DNA from: Octopus bimaculoides
Lineage: Eukaryota
Direction of reading: 5' to 3'
DNA: 64,000 bases
Assembly (NCBI RefSeq): GCF_001194135.2
Contig: NC_069005.1
Coordinates: 690,521 to 754,520, forward strand
Part shown: one piece after another, positions 61,501-64,000 of the stretch
Layout: each line of letters starts with the position of its first letter
Position numbering within the stretch: the stretch's first letter is position 1
The notes under the pieces: model-generated
Databases searched by the model: none
Told to the model about the DNA's origin: nothing
What the model saw: only the letters and a program-made list of their open reading frames with translations
Made by a program: the position numbers and the translations under genes

Positions 61501-64000
61501 CATTCATCTTTGAAACTGTATGAATTGATGGTGTACAATGGATGGTCGGCACTTACTGTGTCATTCACGTTCTTGGGATATGGTTCTGCAAACCCATACA
61601 TGTGTAGCAGTTGAGAATTGCTTAACATTCCGTACGTGTTATACACTTCTTCTCCCTGTAAGCAAATAAAAAAAATGCTTTACTTCACTGTTTGATGACA
61701 ACATTTTAACAATCATACATGCAAACATATACACAATATCACACTAAGCATCAGCATCTGTTTTTCCTTGCTGGGTGGGTTGGACAGTTTGACAGGATCT
61801 GATGAACCTGTCACACTTCAAAGTCAGCTTTGATATGGTTTCTATGGTTGGATGCCCTTCCTAACGCTAACCACTTCACAAGGTGTTCTGCGTGCCCTTT
61901 TTTAGTGTCACTGGCACAAATGAGGTCACAAGTAATTTGCAAGACACAGAAGAGAGAAGAAAGGAAGACACCCTCTTGGCTGAGTGTGGAGGGTTGGCTT
62001 TGTGCCAAGGGTTGAAAGGCTGAAATGGGATAGAGAGGAGCAAGGGCAAGTGTGTTGGGAGGGCTAGAGGGGAGAGAGCTTATCTATTTATATCATAGAT
62101 TTGCATTAAGCTTATGTAAAACTGAATTCTGGTCTTTGCAATGGTAAATATTGATTTGTTGCTTCTGTCAAAGTGTCAGGATTGATGAGAAAAAAAAATT
62201 CCTCAAAAGAATTAACATCTTCTCTAATTAAAAAAAAACAAGAAGAAAGAAAGAAAAATAAATCAATCATCATCATCATCAATTTAACATCCATTTTTCT
62301 GTGTTTGCATGAATTGGACAGTGTTTAAAACAGCATAGAAAGCTGACACTGAATGATAATGATGATGATGACAACAGCAGGCTTCTTTCAGTTTCCTACT
62401 TACAAGTCCTCTCTCCAAACCTCCATCATTTCATGCAAAAACATTTTACCTTCTGAATATCTTTCACGGTAATCATCTTTAAGCAAGACACTTCGTATGA
62501 CAACTCAGCATTGTGGTTGGCAACATGGTTAAGGATGTCTGCCACAGGAACCATCATGGGGGGTGCAGTGACTTGGTCCTCATCGGAGCTGTCGAGCATA
62601 GGGTTGGTGGGTTCCATGAAGCTATAAGCCATCACAAATGCCACCATCTTGTGATAGAACTTCAAGCTTTGACATTTGGGCCTACATTAACGAATAAATC
62701 AAATAAATTAATGAAATGCAGAAGAAACAGGCTCAATGCCTGTGAAGATGTTGGACACGTGTTCAAAACAAACTTGACTCCAAATAAGTTGGGAGAAAGA
62801 TAAACTGAAATCTGTACATACACCGGAATTCATAAAAAAAGAAAATCCTAATTAAATAACAAAATTTCTTAGCAATTTAACGATTCCAACACCAATCTAC
62901 TAAGACCACCCTCGGTTCAATGCTACAAACTTTCTGCTTCAAAGTAATTTAAATTAAAACTTTCCACTAAAATTTCATGTTGATTTATGGCCCAAACGTT
63001 AGCTTAATAATGACAAATTACTAAATTCAACATTATTTTCAAAATTAATCAGGAAAAAAAGGCAGAGGATTTGTTTATGCATGTGTGTGTGTGGTTTTTT
63101 TTTTGGGGGGGGGGGNNNNNNNNNNNNNNNNNNNNNNNNNNNGGGGGTATGTTTGTACGTGTGTTGTGTACATGTGTAGGTTTGCACTGATCTAAAAAAA
63201 CGCCCAGTGTTATTGCTTATATTGTTTCTCTATAAATCTCAAAGCTAAGAGTTTTAAGCATAAACAAAGTGGTGCTCCAGTATGGCCACAGTGCAATGAC
63301 TGAAATTAGTAGAAGAACCAAAAGGATAACCTACGCGAAAACATCCGGGTGTTTCTTCACAAAAGGCAAAATGACATTGTTGAAATCGGAATTGATTGAT
63401 TCCAAGTCTGACTCCACCAATTTTTTGATGTCTGTTCCTTGTAGTAATTCTGTCCGATTGGTCCTTGAGAAGAGAAATCAATAACAGATTAAGAAATATT
63501 GAAAAATGTGCAGAAAAAATATTAAAAGTTTTAAAGAACAACAAAAAAATACATGGATTTCAATAAAATACAAAGAACAACTTGTTTTGGTAAATGCTAT
63601 TTTCAAAAACTCTGAGAATGTATAAAATTGGTTATTTTACTGAAGTTAAACCAAGGCTAACATGAGTACCGCCTGACTGGCCCTCATGCCAGTGGCATGT
63701 AAAAGCACCCACTACACTATCGGAGTGGTTGGCGTTAGGAAGGGCATCAAGCTGTAGAAACATTACCAAATCAGATTGGAGCCTGGTGCAGCCTTCTGGT
63801 TCGCCAGTCCTCAGTCAAACCGTCCAACTCATGCCAGCATGGAAAGTGGACGTTAAACGATGATGATGATGATGATGATATTTATTTTTTTATCCCCTGA
63901 AATTAACCATTGTAGAGTTGCTATGTTTTTGTCTACTTACTCTGACCAAAAGAGTGGCAGTTCTAAATGCTTGAAGTCAGGAACAAGATTAAAGTAAGGC
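55570..64000 (-). CDS. SETD6: N-lysine methyltransferase SETD6; 9 exons in the window, 5' part beyond the window end
   Basis: Exons 64000-63941 ([20 protein letters not shown]), 63463-63335 (ELLQGTDI...[12 protein letters not shown]), 62681-62450 ([14 protein letters not shown]...[18 protein letters not shown]), 61655-61557 ([27 protein letters not shown]), 60906-60802, 59649-59569, 58058-57887, 56356-56311 (SWRKLL), 55738-55570 (TGA overlapping AATAAA). Phases are consistent. SET NH and NTYG signatures plus a Rubisco-LSMT-type C-terminal region. Confidence 0.94.
56745..57665 (-). mobile_element. Cluster of about 4 SINE family-1 copies, minus orientation, in a SETD6 intron
   Basis: Repeated gatttgaactcagaa / aaggatgaaa / actggtacttaattt blocks at about 56745-56945, 57125-57305, 57310-57460 and 57500-57665. 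Confidence 0.75.
58335..59085 (+). mobile_element. Cluster of about 4 SINE family-1 copies, plus orientation, in a SETD6 intron
   Basis: Repeated gagctggcagaat / ttctgagttcaaat / tcatcctttt / gccttgtgcc blocks at about 58335-58410, 58430-58625, 58645-58870 and 58905-59085. Confidence 0.78.
63674..63880 (+). mobile_element. LINE-3'-tail short repeat ending GGAAAGTGGACGTTAAACGATGATGATG (representative copy)
   Basis: Same tail as the LINE at 26560-26720. Other approximate copies at 3375-3560(-), 5740-5781(-), 22960-23160(+), 24150-24345(+), 33890-34100(-), 36345-36560(-), 44630-44800(-), 59880-59930(+), 61760-62000(-). Confidence 0.8.

Larger units (their letters stand above)
5782..63142. other. 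Assembly gaps (N runs), mostly next to (AT)n or other simple repeats
   Basis: 5782-5881, 6632-6831, 7875-8565, 9467-9800, 15816-16044, 25041-25073, 32051-32060, 53882-54471, 63116-63142. Confidence 0.98.

Overview
AT-rich, microsatellite- and SINE-dense eukaryotic genomic DNA from a gapped draft assembly. The repeat families suggest an Octopus-like cephalopod (inference). Reading the spliced exons by hand gives four multi-exon genes plus one terminal exon. (1) A canonical TRMT2A tRNA m5U54 methyltransferase (minus, 19 coding exons, 45857-31784). (2) A tandem TRMT2A paralog (minus, 13 coding exons, 24499-11088, 483 aa). (3) RANBP1 (plus, 49864 to a gap at 53882), head-to-head with TRMT2A as in mammals. 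(4) SETD6 (minus, 5' end outside the window). (5) A coronin-like coiled-coil last exon at 6274-6492. The most striking object is the paralog. Its reading frame and splice sites are intact and neighbouring exons carry many synonymous changes relative to TRMT2A. It has lost the RRM, four consecutive introns, the motif-X Gln, the SAM-binding D/G residues, the PPR of DPPR and the general-base Glu. The exon carrying the nucleophilic Cys keeps an 80-nt run identical to TRMT2A. It looks like a selected pseudo-methyltransferase. All coordinates and translations were done by eye; no database searches were run.
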